A DNA stretch of 64,000 bases, taken from Aquificaceae bacterium (GTDB lineage Bacteria; Aquificota; Aquificia; Aquificales; Aquificaceae). Below the pieces are notes generated by a model. It made no database searches and was not told the origin of the DNA. It saw only the letters and a program-made list of their open reading frames with translations. Made by a program: the position numbers and the translations under genes. Positions 28,408 through 38,956 of the stretch are shown in pieces. Positions within the stretch are counted from its first letter, which is position 1. Each line of letters begins with the position of its first letter. The DNA lies in the NCBI GenBank assembly GCA_025062075.1, contig JANXBA010000022.1:1125-65124 (forward strand), read 5' to 3'.

Positions 28408-30501
28408 CTAACCCATAAGTCTTTGAAGTCTCTCCACCCCCTCCAAGCTCTGGAGGGACTCCTTTACCCTTAAAAACTTCTGGTAGTTTTCCACCTGAAG
28501 GGTGAAGTCCATGAGGGCCTCTCCTGAGGGCAGGCTCTTGGTCTTGGCCTCGGTGATGTTTGCCCCGGTCCGGGATATGGCTGAGGTGACCTCCGCCAAC
28601 ATGCCTACTCTGTCCTTTACCACCAGCCTTATGCGAACCGGATGTAGCCCCTTGGACCTGTCCCAGAGGACCTTTACGACCTTCTCCGGCGAGATTTGTC
28701 TTACGTGGTTGAGGTTAGGACACTCCTTCGAGTGTATGACTAGGCCCTTGCCCTTGGTAATGACGCCGTAGACTTCCTCTCCGGGAAGGGGGTTACAGCA
28801 GCCGGCTAGCGTATGGAGCACGCTTCCAAGCCCGTCAATCTGGAGCGTGTCCTCCACCTTCTCCTGAGGCTTTTCCCTGTGGCTTTTCTTGAAAAGGGAG
28901 TAAACCCTCTCCAAAGAGAGCCTTCCGCTACCCAGCAGGAGCAGGAGTTCCTCCTCCGTCTTCGCCTTTGTGTCTTCCAAGAGCTTTTCCAGAAGAGCCT
29001 CCCTGCTTAGGTTCAGCCTGTGCAGGAGCTTTTCCAGCCTTTCACGCCCCAGCTGGAGGTACCTATTCTTTTCTAGCTCCTTGAGCACCGCTTTTATCCT
29101 GCTTTTTGCCTTGGAGGTGACCACGAAGTTGAGCCACTCGGGGTTGGGCTTTTTGTTTGGGTGGGTCAGTATTTCCACCTGGTCGCCGTTTTGGAGGCGG
29201 TAGTAGAGGGGCACTATCTTGCCGTTTACCTTGGCACCTGCGCAGTGGTTGCCCACCTCCGTGTGTATGTGGTAGGCAAAGTCCACCGGCGTGGCACCCT
29301 TGGGGAGCACCACCAGGTCGCCCCTCGGGGTGAAGACGAAGACCTCCTCCGAGAAAAGCTCCAGACGGAGGTTTTCCAAGAGCTCTTCGGAGTTTTTGCT
29401 CCCTTGCACGCTCTCCACGAGGCTCTTAAGCCAAGAGTACACGCCGCTGTCCTGCAGGTTTTTGCCCTCCTTGTAGGCCCAGTGGGCGGCTATGCCTTTC
29501 TCCGCCCTCTCGTGCATCTCCCAGGTCCTTATCTGCACCTCCACCATCTTACCTTCAGGTCCTATGACCGTAGTGTGAAGAGACTGGTAGAGGTTGGGCT
29601 TTGGCAGGGATATGTAGTCGTCAAACTTGCCCGGCACGGGCTTGAAGGCACTGTGCACTACGCCCAGCACCAAGTAGCACTCTTGGACCATGTTGACTAT
29701 GACCCTGACGCCCAGAAGGTCGTGAACATCCTCCAACCTTATGCCCTTGCGTATGGTCTTCTGCCATATGCTGTAGAGGTGCTTGGGTCTGTAAGTGATG
29801 TGGGCTTCAAGGCCCGCCTTCTGGAGCTCTCTTCTTAGGGAAGGTATGAAAACTTCTTTTAGGTAGCTCTCCAGCTCCTCCCTGGTCTTGCCTACGAAGC
29901 TCTTTACCTCCTCGTACTCCTTGGGGTAGAGGTACATAAAGCAGAGGTCCTCCAGCTCGGTCTTTATCCTCCAAAGACCTAGCCTGTTGGCTATGGGCAC
30001 GAAGAGCTCCAGCGTCTCCCGCGCTATCCTTACCTGCTTTTCCCTGCTAAAGCAGTGCAGTGTTTTCATGTTGTGCCAGCGGTCCGCCAGCTTTACGAAT
30101 ATGACCCTCAAGTCCTTGGAAAAGGCTAAAATGAGCTTGCGGTAGTTCTCCGCCTTCTGAGTCTGCAGGTCTTTGAAGGGTATCTTCCCCAACTTGGTCA
30201 CGCCTTCCACTATCTCCGCCACCTCTTCTCCGAAGTGCTCTTTTAGCTCCTCGTAGGTGGTGGCAGTGTCTTCAAGCACGTCGTGAAGTAGGCCCGCTAC
30301 GATGGTGCTTCTGTCCATGCCGAGCTGTGCAAGGTAGAGGGCCACCTCCAACGGGTGCAACACGTAAGGCTCGCCCGTCTTCCTGTACTGCCCTGCGTGT
30401 CTCTCTTCGATAAACTCTATGGCCTTCTTCACCAGCTCCTTCCCTGCCTCTACCAGCTTCAGGAGCCTCTCCTCCTGCTCTTTTCGTGCCACAACCTGCA
30501 T
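28408..30501 (-). CDS. long RelA/SpoT homolog, bifunctional (p)ppGpp synthetase/hydrolase
   Basis: HD (EPYVLHP, LLHD), synthetase (DYISLPKPNLYQSLHT, EVQIRT), TGS, CC zinc finger, ACT. Confidence 0.97.
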   Translation of the reverse strand: MQVVARKEQEERLLKLVEAGKELVKKAIEFIEERHAGQYRKTGEPYVLHPLEVALYLAQLGMDRSTIVAGLLHDVLEDTATTYEELKEHFGEEVAEIVEGVTKLGKIPFKDLQTQKAENYRKLILAFSKDLRVIFVKLADRWHNMKTLHCFSREKQVRIARETLELFVPIANRLGLWRIKTELEDLCFMYLYPKEYEEVKSFVGKTREELESYLKEVFIPSLRRELQKAGLEAHITYRPKHLYSIWQKTIRKGIRLEDVHDLLGVRVIVNMVQECYLVLGVVHSAFKPVPGKFDDYISLPKPNLYQSLHTTVIGPEGKMVEVQIRTWEMHERAEKGIAAHWAYKEGKNLQDSGVYSWLKSLVESVQGSKNSEELLENLRLELFSEEVFVFTPRGDLVVLPKGATPVDFAYHIHTEVGNHCAGAKVNGKIVPLYYRLQNGDQVEILTHPNKKPNPEWLNFVVTSKAKSRIKAVLKELEKNRYLQLGRERLEKLLHRLNLSREALLEKLLEDTKAKTEEELLLLLGSGRLSLERVYSLFKKSHREKPQEKVEDTLQIDGLGSVLHTLAGCCNPLPGEEVYGVITKGKGLVIHSKECPNLNHVRQISPEKVVKVLWDRSKGLHPVRIRLVVKDRVGMLAEVTSAISRTGANITEAKTKSLPSGEALMDFTLQVENYQKFLRVKESLQSLEGVERLQRLMG

Positions 30502-30574
30502 AGGTTATAATATTGCCCCGCCCCTGAGTTCTGCAGGTGTGTTAAAATATATGCTTTAGCCTAAGGAGGAGCAG

Positions 30575-30934
30575 ATGCGCGTAAAGGGTCCCTCTTCGAG
30601 GAAGTTCAAGAAGAAGGTGCTTAAGCTGGCCAAAGGCTTCAGAGGTCAGCGCAAGAACGTCTATAGAAGGGCCAAGGAGTACGTCTTTAGAGCTCTGCAG
30701 TACAGCTACAGAGACAGAAGGCAGAGAAAAAGGCTCTTCAGGAGGCTGTGGATTGCTCGCATAAACGCGGCGGTCAGGCCCCACGGGCTCTCCTACAGCA
30801 AGTTCATAAACGGGCTCAACAGGGCGGGCATAAACCTCAACAGAAAGGTGCTGGCGGACATGGCAGTCAGAGACCCAGAGGGCTTTGCCCAGATAGTCAA
30901 ACGGGTCAAGGAAGCCCTCCTACAGCCCGCATGA
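30575..30934 (+). CDS. rplT: 50S ribosomal protein L20
   Basis: MRVK...LKLAKGFRG...[21 protein letters not shown]. Confidence 0.98.
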   Translation: MRVKGPSSRKFKKKVLKLAKGFRGQRKNVYRRAKEYVFRALQYSYRDRRQRKRLFRRLWIARINAAVRPHGLSYSKFINGLNRAGINLNRKVLADMAVRDPEGFAQIVKRVKEALLQPA

Positions 30935-31947
30935 TAGACCTGAGCCAGGTAGAAGAGGAGCTGGAAAGAGAGCTAAAGAGAGTCCGCTCTCTCCAAGAGC
31001 TCCAGCAACTGAAGGCGAAATACCTGGGCAAAAGCGGGCTCATAACTCAGGCCATCTCTAACATAAGAGACCTCCCGCCCGAAGAGAGAAAGTCTTACGG
31101 ACAGAAGGTCAACCAGATCAAGAACAGGGCGGAGGAGCTCCTCAAGGGGAAGGAGGAGGAGATAAAAAGGGCGGAGCTCCAGAGAAGGCTCTCGGAGGAG
31201 TGGCTTGACCTCTCGGTGCCACTACAGCGCGCGGTGGGCAGTCTTCACCCCATTACCCAGACCCTCAGGAGGGTGAAAAGCATCTTCCTCAGCATGGGGT
31301 TTAGGGTGATGGAGGGTCCTGAAGTGGAGCGGGAGGACTACAACTTTGACCTTCTGAACATCCCAAAGGAGCACCCAGCCCGGGACATGCAGGATACCTT
31401 CTACGTAAACAGGGAGGGCTACCTTCTGAGGACCCACACTTCTCCCGTGCAGATAAGGACCATGCTTGCCCATAGGCCTCCCATATACATGGTGGCACCC
31501 GGCAGAGTCTACAGAAGGGACGACGACCCCACCCACTCCCCCATGTTCCATCAGGTAGAGGGTCTGGTGGTGGACCAGGAGCTCTCCTTTGGGCACATGA
31601 AGTACACCATAGAGGTCTTTCTCAGGGAGTTTTTCGAAGCTGACGTGCCGGTTCGCTTCAGAGCCTCCTACTTTCCCTTTACCGAGCCCTCCGCGGAGGT
31701 GGACATAGGTTGCGTCATATGCGGAGGCGTGGGCTGTAAGGTCTGTAAGCAGTCCGGTTGGCTGGAGGTGATGGGCTGCGGCATGGTGCACCCCAAGGTG
31801 TTAGAAAACTGCGGGCTTGACCCGGAGAGCTACCAAGGCTTTGCCTTCGGCATGGGCGTAGAAAGGCTTGCCATGCTCTACTTTCGCATAGACAACATAA
31901 AGCTCTTCTTCGAAAACGACCTGAGGTTTTTAAGACAGTTTCTCTGA
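30931..31947 (+). CDS. pheS: phenylalanine--tRNA ligase alpha subunit
   Basis: Start MIDL at 30931; [50 protein letters not shown]. Confidence 0.98.
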   Translation: MIDLSQVEEELERELKRVRSLQELQQLKAKYLGKSGLITQAISNIRDLPPEERKSYGQKVNQIKNRAEELLKGKEEEIKRAELQRRLSEEWLDLSVPLQRAVGSLHPITQTLRRVKSIFLSMGFRVMEGPEVEREDYNFDLLNIPKEHPARDMQDTFYVNREGYLLRTHTSPVQIRTMLAHRPPIYMVAPGRVYRRDDDPTHSPMFHQVEGLVVDQELSFGHMKYTIEVFLREFFEADVPVRFRASYFPFTEPSAEVDIGCVICGGVGCKVCKQSGWLEVMGCGMVHPKVLENCGLDPESYQGFAFGMGVERLAMLYFRIDNIKLFFENDLRFLRQFL

Positions 31948-33131
31948 TGCTAAAGGGCTTCACGCCTCAGGAAAGGAGGGTGGTTCTCAGCATAACCTTT
32001 GCGGTTGTGGTGCGCATGTTAGGTCTTTTCCTGCTCCTGCCCGTGCTCTCGCCTTACCTGAAGACCTTGGAGGGAGCCACGCCCACTCTCATAGGCTTGG
32101 CAGTAGGCGTTTACGGACTCGCTCAGGCACTGCTACAGATACCTTTTGGCTATCTTTCGGACAAGCACGGCAGGAAGCCGGTGATTCTCGTGGGCATGCT
32201 CACCTACGCCTTAGGTAGTCTGATGGCGGGCTTGGTGGGCAACATATGGAGCATGGTGGTCGCCCGCTTCGTGCAGGGGTTTGGGGCGGTCTCCTCGGTG
32301 ATGATTGCCCTCTCTGCGGACCTCACCCGAGAGGAGGTAAGAACGAGAGCCTTCGCCCAAGTGGGAGCTTCCATAGGTCTCACCTTTGCCCTGAGCTTGG
32401 TCTTGGCTCCCCTGCTGGCAGGAGCCTTCGGAGTGCCCTTTCTCTTCTTCCTTACCGCCTTTCTGAGCCTGCTTGCCACCTACGTCCTTATGACCCAAGT
32501 GCCAGAGCCTGTGGAGAACTCCAGAGACAGGGAGATAGAGCCCTCCCTCACCAACTTGGCCCTTCTTTTGAGGAGCTCTGACCAGCTATTTCTGAACTTC
32601 TCTGTCGGCTTTCTCCACGCCTGCATGGTGGTGCTCTTCACCGTAGTGCCCTACGAGCTGGTCTACAGCTACCACATGCCCAAGCTGACACACTGGAAGA
32701 TATACCTACCCGCCATACTTCTTGCTTTGGCCGTGATGGTGCCTGCCATTCTTCTGGCGGAGAAAAAGGGTAAGCTGAGAGAGGTCTTCCTGTCCGGGGT
32801 TTTTCTGGTAGGTCTTTCCTTTCTCAGCTTTGAACTGGTGCGGAGCTTCTGGGGCTTGGTTTTTATGGTCTTTCTGTTCTTTCTCGGCTTTAACCTGCTG
32901 GAGGCCCTCATTCCCTCCCTTCTTACGAAGCTGACCCACAGAGACCTGAGAGGTCTCTCCTTGGGCCTTTTCAACACGGTGCAGTTCCTCGGAGCCTTTG
33001 CGGGCGGTCTGTGGGGCGGTCTTGCCCTGAAGCAGGGAAGCCACCTTATGACCCTTACCGCAACTGCTCTTTGTTTTTTCTGGCTACTTGTGAGCCTCCT
33101 GTGGTTTAAAAGGTTAAAGGTGCGGGCTTAA
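31947..33131 (+). CDS. MFS transporter (YajR-like)
   Basis: 12 TM, RMLGLF..LPV, G.LSD..GRK motif A. Confidence 0.9.
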   Translation: MLKGFTPQERRVVLSITFAVVVRMLGLFLLLPVLSPYLKTLEGATPTLIGLAVGVYGLAQALLQIPFGYLSDKHGRKPVILVGMLTYALGSLMAGLVGNIWSMVVARFVQGFGAVSSVMIALSADLTREEVRTRAFAQVGASIGLTFALSLVLAPLLAGAFGVPFLFFLTAFLSLLATYVLMTQVPEPVENSRDREIEPSLTNLALLLRSSDQLFLNFSVGFLHACMVVLFTVVPYELVYSYHMPKLTHWKIYLPAILLALAVMVPAILLAEKKGKLREVFLSGVFLVGLSFLSFELVRSFWGLVFMVFLFFLGFNLLEALIPSLLTKLTHRDLRGLSLGLFNTVQFLGAFAGGLWGGLALKQGSHLMTLTATALCFFWLLVSLLWFKRLKVRA

Positions 33132-33703
33132 ACTGTCGTGCAGTTCTCCATTATGGCTTTCAGGCTTCTGGGGTCTATGAGCTTTACGCCCACCTTGTCC
33201 GCCCAGCTCCTGAGGCCTTCGTCTCCCGAGACCAAAACTCCGTCCAGCTCGTAGGCCAGCAGGAGCGCATCCAAGTCCTCCTTGCTGTCTATTATGCCCG
33301 TCCTGAGGGCTTCCCTGTACTTTTCCCTGAGCCTGCCTACCAGTTTGCCTACCTCCTCTGGGAGCTTGCCTGCCTCCTTCGTGTGCTCCTCCGCTATGCG
33401 AAGCCCCTTGTTTATCCTGTGCCTTAGCTCTTCCACAAAGTCGTAGAGGAACTCCGCAGGCACGGTAAGGCTGTACCTTCTGGGCGAGCGAACCCTCACC
33501 AGCGTCTCAAACTTGGGCCTGAGGCTTCCAAGCTCCACCATTTTGTTGAGCTCTTCGTAGACGGAGGTGGGCATGTAGAACCGCACCGTGCTACGGGAGG
33601 CAAGGGACAGAAAACTCTCTATGGCACCCTTTTGGTCTTTTTCAAACTGGGTGTAAACGTCGGGGTTGGTAAAGACGCTGGTGTCCAACACGAACAGGTC
33701 CAT
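33128..33703 (-). CDS. protein-only RNase P (HARP, Aq_880 homolog; PIN-like)
   Basis: Start [14 protein letters not shown] at 33703; [37 protein letters not shown]...D.GL..WA. Confidence 0.95.
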   Translation of the reverse strand: MDLFVLDTSVFTNPDVYTQFEKDQKGAIESFLSLASRSTVRFYMPTSVYEELNKMVELGSLRPKFETLVRVRSPRRYSLTVPAEFLYDFVEELRHRINKGLRIAEEHTKEAGKLPEEVGKLVGRLREKYREALRTGIIDSKEDLDALLLAYELDGVLVSGDEGLRSWADKVGVKLIDPRSLKAIMENCTTV

Positions 33704-33749
33704 GTTATATACAGTATAGACTGTTATAGTATGCTCGGAGGAGGCCAAG

Positions 33750-34109
33750 ATGGAGGACTGCATCTTTTGCAAAATCGTAAGGAAGGAGATACCCTCAAGG
33801 GGCGTCTACGAGGACGAGCTGGTCTATGTCTTCCACGACATTAACCCGGTAGCCCCTACGCATCTTCTCGTAGTGCCAAAAAGGCACATAGTGGGCGTCC
33901 AGAGCCTTGAGCCAGAGGACAGGGAAGTGGTGGGACACATGTTCTACGTGGCAAGAAAGTTGGGGGAGGAGCTGGGCTATGCTCCCAACGAGGAGCTCGC
34001 AGGGGGTTACCGGCTGGTCTTTAATGTGGGCAAAGACGCAGGTCAGAGCGTCTTTCACCTGCACCTTCACTTCATAGCAGGTCGCACCATGGGCTGGCCT
34101 CCCGGATGA
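33750..34109 (+). CDS. HIT-family (Hint-like) nucleotide-binding protein
   Basis: [25 protein letters not shown]. Confidence 0.95.
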   Translation: MEDCIFCKIVRKEIPSRGVYEDELVYVFHDINPVAPTHLLVVPKRHIVGVQSLEPEDREVVGHMFYVARKLGEELGYAPNEELAGGYRLVFNVGKDAGQSVFHLHLHFIAGRTMGWPPG

Positions 34110-35053
34110 TAAGCTTCAGGGACTGGATGGCCCAAAACGTAAAGAAGTACTACCGCTCTGACTTCAGGAAGGACTTTTTCACCGCACCGGAGCTGGACAG
34201 GGCTTTTGGCTACGCCCTTGCCCACCACTTGGCTGAGCTGGTGGAAGGCTACGAAAGACCCGCTCTCTTAGAGCTGGGTGGGGGGAGCGGAGCTCTGGCC
34301 TACGATGTGCTCAGCTACCTCAGAAAACACAGGGCGGACCTCTACTCGCGCCTTGTCTACTACATATTGGACTTCAGCCCAAAGCTGGTGGAACTCCAGC
34401 GCAGAAGGCTGGGAGAGTTTCAGGGAAAGGTGTTCTGGGTGGAGTCTTTGGTACCCGTGCAGGGCGTGGTTTTCTCCAACGAGTTTTTTGACTGCCTGCC
34501 GGTGCACGTGCTGAGGGAGGGCAAGGAGCTCTTTCTGGAAAACGGCAAGCAGGTGTGGCGGGAGTTTTCCACCCCGCGCCTTGGAGAGGTGCTCAGAAGG
34601 ATGGGCTACGAGGGGCTAAGTCAGACGGTAGAGCTCTGTCTGGACTGCATAGACTTTCTCCAGAGGGTGGCGGAGCACCTACTGAAGGGCTACCACTTGG
34701 TGGTGGACTACGGATACAAAGCGCAGGAGATAAAAAGGTTTCCCGAGGGCACGGTGGTGGGCTACCGCCTTCACCGCCTTCACACTAAGGTGCAGGAGGG
34801 CATGGACCTAACCGCCCACGTGAACTTCTCCCTGCTTGAGGAGTACGGCAGGGACTTTGGCCTGGAGACCCTCAGCCTGAAGAGCCTGCGGGACTTTCTA
34901 CTTTCCGCCCCCCCTTTCGTGGAGGAGCTGGAGCTCCTGAGCAGGTCGGAGACCCCGGAGGGGGTTGAAAGGCTTTCAAGGCTCAAGACCATGCTGGTGA
35001 GCATGGGAGACAGGTTTAAGGTCCTCCTGCAGAGGAAGCTACAGGACTCTTAG
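34106..35053 (+). CDS. SAM-dependent methyltransferase, NDUFAF7/MidA family
   Basis: DFFTAPE, LELGGGSG.LA, SNEFFDCLP, DYGY, DLTAHVNF. Confidence 0.88.
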   Translation: MISFRDWMAQNVKKYYRSDFRKDFFTAPELDRAFGYALAHHLAELVEGYERPALLELGGGSGALAYDVLSYLRKHRADLYSRLVYYILDFSPKLVELQRRRLGEFQGKVFWVESLVPVQGVVFSNEFFDCLPVHVLREGKELFLENGKQVWREFSTPRLGEVLRRMGYEGLSQTVELCLDCIDFLQRVAEHLLKGYHLVVDYGYKAQEIKRFPEGTVVGYRLHRLHTKVQEGMDLTAHVNFSLLEEYGRDFGLETLSLKSLRDFLLSAPPFVEELELLSRSETPEGVERLSRLKTMLVSMGDRFKVLLQRKLQDS

Positions 35054-36538
35054 CTCCAGTTCGTAGACCTCTCCCCTACTCTGGAGAGTTAGCATACCAG
35101 TCCTGCCCGTGAGGACCAGTATCCTGCCCTCCTTTGTGGAGAGCACTACCTGCACTGCCTCTTCAAAGTTGGACCCTCTCAGAGGTCTCAGAAAAAACAC
35201 ACCCCGACGCCTCTCTCCCAGCAGGAAGAGCTCTCCTCTGTTGTATTTGACTATGTCCAAAAACCTCTGCACCGTCCCTGCGTGGTTTTTTACCACGAAG
35301 GCCAGATTAAAGCCTAAGAACTTCACTTGAGCCCCCCTCGGGTTGAAGACTAGGTTCACCTTTCCTTGGTCCGTGAGCACCTCCGCCAGCGCGTAGGAGC
35401 CTCCAAACCCCTCCTCCGTGGAGAAGACCTCTGAGTCACCTCTGAACACTCTGACCCTTCCTGAAGTGTCGGTAAAGAGCAGGTACTCCCCGAAGGTAAA
35501 GGCGCTGTCTATCCTAAAGCCACGGGGGGCGAGAAAGGCACCCACCTCCCTTATCCTCTCTCCCTCAAGGGAAAGTCTGACTGTCGGACCAAACCTGTCT
35601 CTCAGGTTAAACCGCTGTCCTACGAAGCTGTCCCTTGCTTTCTCCTTGTTAAGAACGCCCATAAGATAAGGCACGTTCTTTACCACCGCCGTCAGGCTGT
35701 CTCCCACCGCCCTTAACACCATAGAGCGGGGGGAGTCTCCCGAAATCATGTTTACCAGCACCAGGTCCTGACCACCCCCGTCTATCTTCCCGCACTGAAG
35801 CCCTACCGCAACACCGCTGGGTAGGGAGTAGTCAAACCTTCTCACCAGCTCGTCTCTGAGAAGCTCGTAAACCTCCAACCTACCGCTGTAGAGAACAACC
35901 AGAAACTCCTTGCCCGTGCCGGTAAGGTCGCATAGGTCCGCAGACACAGGCACTCCAGGAAGCGCGCGCAGAAGCCTGGCCCTCGCCAGAAGGTTTACGT
36001 CCTCCGAAAGGACCCTGTCGGGAGAAGCACTCGGGGAAGAGAACAAAGCAACGGGACTTCCCCTGAACTCCACTCCTATGCCTTCCTTGACCTCTCTCAG
36101 GTCGTAGGTGCAACCTTTGCCCCTTCTGAGCTCGGGAAGAGCAGTCCTTAGCCTGAAAAGGAGCTCCTCAGAACCTTCAAAGCAGACCCCCTCCAGCCTG
36201 AGCCTTACCTTTTCCCCCTCTCTGGCTATGCCCTCCACCAGTCTGGCGTAGGAAAAGCCCTCCTGGACCTCCTCTACTCTTATCCTACCCACTTTTTGTC
36301 TTTCTCTGCCCAAGACCTGTCGGGTGACGGGATGGACTACCTCCCTGCCCTCCCTTATCACGTCAAACTCCTCACCCACGAAGGCTCTGCCCCTGCCCAA
36401 GTCCACCAGCACCCTGTCCCCCTCCACCTTTACCACGTAGCCCTCTCTCTGGAAAAAGCCCCTTACCCTCTCCGAGAGCTCCTGGGCACCAGCCCCGGAG
36501 AGTAAAGCCAAGAGCGCTAAAAGAACGCCTAACGCCAT
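35039..36538 (-). CDS. secreted protein with FlgT-C-like N-terminal domain and FG-GAP/VCBS-like repeats
   Basis: Signal peptide; V..V.GD.V.VDLG...HPVT...LG; DLTGTGK/DGGGQD repeat-like motifs. Confidence 0.7.
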   Translation of the reverse strand: MALGVLLALLALLSGAGAQELSERVRGFFQREGYVVKVEGDRVLVDLGRGRAFVGEEFDVIREGREVVHPVTRQVLGRERQKVGRIRVEEVQEGFSYARLVEGIAREGEKVRLRLEGVCFEGSEELLFRLRTALPELRRGKGCTYDLREVKEGIGVEFRGSPVALFSSPSASPDRVLSEDVNLLARARLLRALPGVPVSADLCDLTGTGKEFLVVLYSGRLEVYELLRDELVRRFDYSLPSGVAVGLQCGKIDGGGQDLVLVNMISGDSPRSMVLRAVGDSLTAVVKNVPYLMGVLNKEKARDSFVGQRFNLRDRFGPTVRLSLEGERIREVGAFLAPRGFRIDSAFTFGEYLLFTDTSGRVRVFRGDSEVFSTEEGFGGSYALAEVLTDQGKVNLVFNPRGAQVKFLGFNLAFVVKNHAGTVQRFLDIVKYNRGELFLLGERRRGVFFLRPLRGSNFEEAVQVVLSTKEGRILVLTGRTGMLTLQSRGEVYELELRVL

Positions 36539-37614
36539 AGCTCCTCCAGTGCCCTTATAACTTCTCTCGCCATGCCCTCCGTGCCCACGAGAGCACAGCC
36601 TGGACTTTGTATGTCGGGAGTCCTGTAGCCCCTCTCAAGCACCAGCTCCACAGCCCTCTCCACTAAGTCCGCCTCTCGGTGCATGTTAAAGGAGTGCCTG
36701 AGCATCATAGCACCAGAGAGAATAGTAGCCAATGGGTTTGCCACGCCATTGCCCGCTATGTCGGGTGCTGAGCCGTGCACGGGCTCGTAAAGGGCATACC
36801 TGTCCCCCAGACTTGCGGAGGGTAGCATGCCCAGACTGCCGGAGATGACCGCCGCCTCGTCTGAAAGGATGTCCCCAAAAAGGTTACCGGTCACTATCAC
36901 GTCAAAGGAGGAGGGTCTTCTCACCATTTGCATGGCACAGTTGTCCACGTAGAGGTGCTCCACCTCCACCTCAGGGTAGTTTTGAGCCTCTTCCTGCACC
37001 ACCTGTCTCCAGAGCCCGCTCACCTCCAACACGTTGGACTTGTCCACGCTGGCGAGCTTTCTCCTCCTTTGGAGCGCCAGCTCAAAGGCCCTTCTGACCA
37101 CCCTCCTTATCTCCTCCTCCGTGTATCTCATGGTGTTTATGCCCACCCTTTTGCCCCCCTCTAAGAAGACCCCCCTTGGCTCTCCGTAGTAGGCGTCTCC
37201 GGTGAGCTCTCTCACCACGATAAAGTCTGTGCCACGGGCCACCTCCTCCTTCAGAGGTGAGGAGGAAATAAGTGGCTCGTAAACCTTAACAGGTCTTAGG
37301 TTGGCGTAGAGGTCCAAGGCCTTTCTTATGCCTAGGAGACCCTTCTCCGGTCTTTTCTCCGTAGGAAGGTGGTCCCACTTGGGTCCTCCCACCGCACCCA
37401 GAAGGACCGCATGAGACTCCAAGCACAGTCTGAGCGTCTCCTGGGGCAGGGGCGTGCCCCTCTGGTCTATGGCGGAACCGCCTATAAGCCCTCTTTCGAA
37501 GACTAGCTCTACCCCAGAGAGTTCTGACACTTTCTCCAGCACCTTTAGGGTAGCTCCTATCACCTCCGGTCCTATGCCGTCTCCTTCCAGCACCGCCACC
37601 TTGAAAGTAGGCAT
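36529..37614 (-). CDS. leuB: 3-isopropylmalate dehydrogenase
   Basis: Start MPTFKVAVLEGDGIGPEV at 37614; LLGAVGGPKW, N.FGDILSDEA, EPVHGSAPDIAG. Confidence 0.98.
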   Translation of the reverse strand: MPTFKVAVLEGDGIGPEVIGATLKVLEKVSELSGVELVFERGLIGGSAIDQRGTPLPQETLRLCLESHAVLLGAVGGPKWDHLPTEKRPEKGLLGIRKALDLYANLRPVKVYEPLISSSPLKEEVARGTDFIVVRELTGDAYYGEPRGVFLEGGKRVGINTMRYTEEEIRRVVRRAFELALQRRRKLASVDKSNVLEVSGLWRQVVQEEAQNYPEVEVEHLYVDNCAMQMVRRPSSFDVIVTGNLFGDILSDEAAVISGSLGMLPSASLGDRYALYEPVHGSAPDIAGNGVANPLATILSGAMMLRHSFNMHREADLVERAVELVLERGYRTPDIQSPGCALVGTEGMAREVIRALEELWR

Positions 37615-37636
37615 AGGCTGTATTATACTAAAGCCT

Positions 37637-38956
37637 ATGTTAGAATTCCTCTCAGAAAAGCTCGGGAGAGCTCTGGGAAGGGTAAAAGATGCCAGAAAGC
37701 TCACCGAAAAGCAGGTAAACGACACCTTGAGAGAGGTAAGAACCGCCCTCATAGAGGCGGACGTGGACTACGAGGTGGTAAAGACCTTCGTAAAAAGAGT
37801 CAGAGAAAGAGCCCTCCAAGAGGACCTAAGGCAGAGCCCATCCCCCCAAGACAGCTTTCTGATTACCATATACGAGGAGCTGGTTCAGACCTTAGGTGGA
37901 CAAAAAGAAGACCTAAAAAAGGGTGTGGTGCTTCTCGTGGGTCTTCAGGGCACGGGAAAGACCACCAGCGTGGCCAAGCTTGCCTACTACCTGAAAGAGC
38001 AGGGTCTGAAAGTGGCGGTGAGCTCCACAGATATAAGGCGTCCCGCCGCCATGCTTCAGCTCCAGAAGCTGGCCGAGAAGATAGGAGTGCCCTACTACAG
38101 CTTTGAAGAGGGGCTTACCGCCTCGGAGATAGCGCGGAGAGCTCTGGAGATGGCCAGGAAAGAGGGCGTGGACTACCTGCTCCTTGACACTGCAGGAAGG
38201 CTTCACATAGACCAGGAGCTCATGGAAGAGCTCAGGAGCCTGAAAGAGACGGTCAAACCCTCGGAGGTGCTGTACGTGGCGGACGCCATGCAAGGTCAGT
38301 CCGCCCTAGGTGCTGCCAAGACCTTTCACGAGTTTTTGGGTCTTACGGGGGTGCTACTTACCAAGATGGACGGGGACGCCAGAGGTGGCGTAGCCCTCTC
38401 CGTCAAAGAGGCTCTGGGCGTCTCGGTAAAGTTCATGGGCGTGGGCGAGAGGGTGGAGGACTTAGAGCCCTTCTACCCCGACAGGGTTGCCCAGCGCATC
38501 CTCGGACTTGGAGACATTCAAACCCTCGTAGAAAAGGCTCAAAAGGCCATACCTGAGGACGAGGCTCAGACGCTTGCACTGAAGGTGCTAAAAGGTGAGT
38601 TTGACTTGGAAGACCTGCTCAAGCAGATAAGGTTCATAAAGAACATGGGACCGCTGGACAAGCTGTTAGGCATGCTCCCCGGCATAGGCTCTCAGCTCAA
38701 GGGCTTGAAAATAGAGGAGAAAAAGTTCAAGAAAACCGAAGCAATCATACTCTCCATGACCAAGCAGGAGAGGAGAAACCCCAAAATAATCAACATGAGC
38801 AGGAAGCAGAGAATAGCAAAAGGTAGCGGGACCACCGTGTCGGAGGTAAACAGAGTGCTAAAAGAGTACGAAGAGATGAAGAAGATGATAAAGAAGCTAA
38901 AGGGTATGAAGGGCGTGCCCCAGCTACCAAGGTTCCCCTTCCCCTTCAAGGGATGA
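37637..38956 (+). CDS. ffh: signal recognition particle protein
   Basis: Start MLEFLSEKL at 37637; GLQG.GKTT, DTAGR, TKMDGDARGG, M-domain. Confidence 0.97.
   Translation: MLEFLSEKLGRALGRVKDARKLTEKQVNDTLREVRTALIEADVDYEVVKTFVKRVRERALQEDLRQSPSPQDSFLITIYEELVQTLGGQKEDLKKGVVLLVGLQGTGKTTSVAKLAYYLKEQGLKVAVSSTDIRRPAAMLQLQKLAEKIGVPYYSFEEGLTASEIARRALEMARKEGVDYLLLDTAGRLHIDQELMEELRSLKETVKPSEVLYVADAMQGQSALGAAKTFHEFLGLTGVLLTKMDGDARGGVALSVKEALGVSVKFMGVGERVEDLEPFYPDRVAQRILGLGDIQTLVEKAQKAIPEDEAQTLALKVLKGEFDLEDLLKQIRFIKNMGPLDKLLGMLPGIGSQLKGLKIEEKKFKKTEAIILSMTKQERRNPKIINMSRKQRIAKGSGTTVSEVNRVLKEYEEMKKMIKKLKGMKGVPQLPRFPFPFKG

Noticed and set aside
30502-30574. L20 leader or infC-rpmI upstream of rplT
   Set aside because: The gap is only 73 bp and holds divergent promoters; no such genes or leader structure visible
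33704-33724. LexA/SOS-box-like TACTGTATATA upstream of HARP
   Set aside because: The second ACAG half-site at the required spacing is missing; better explained as overlapping -10 elements
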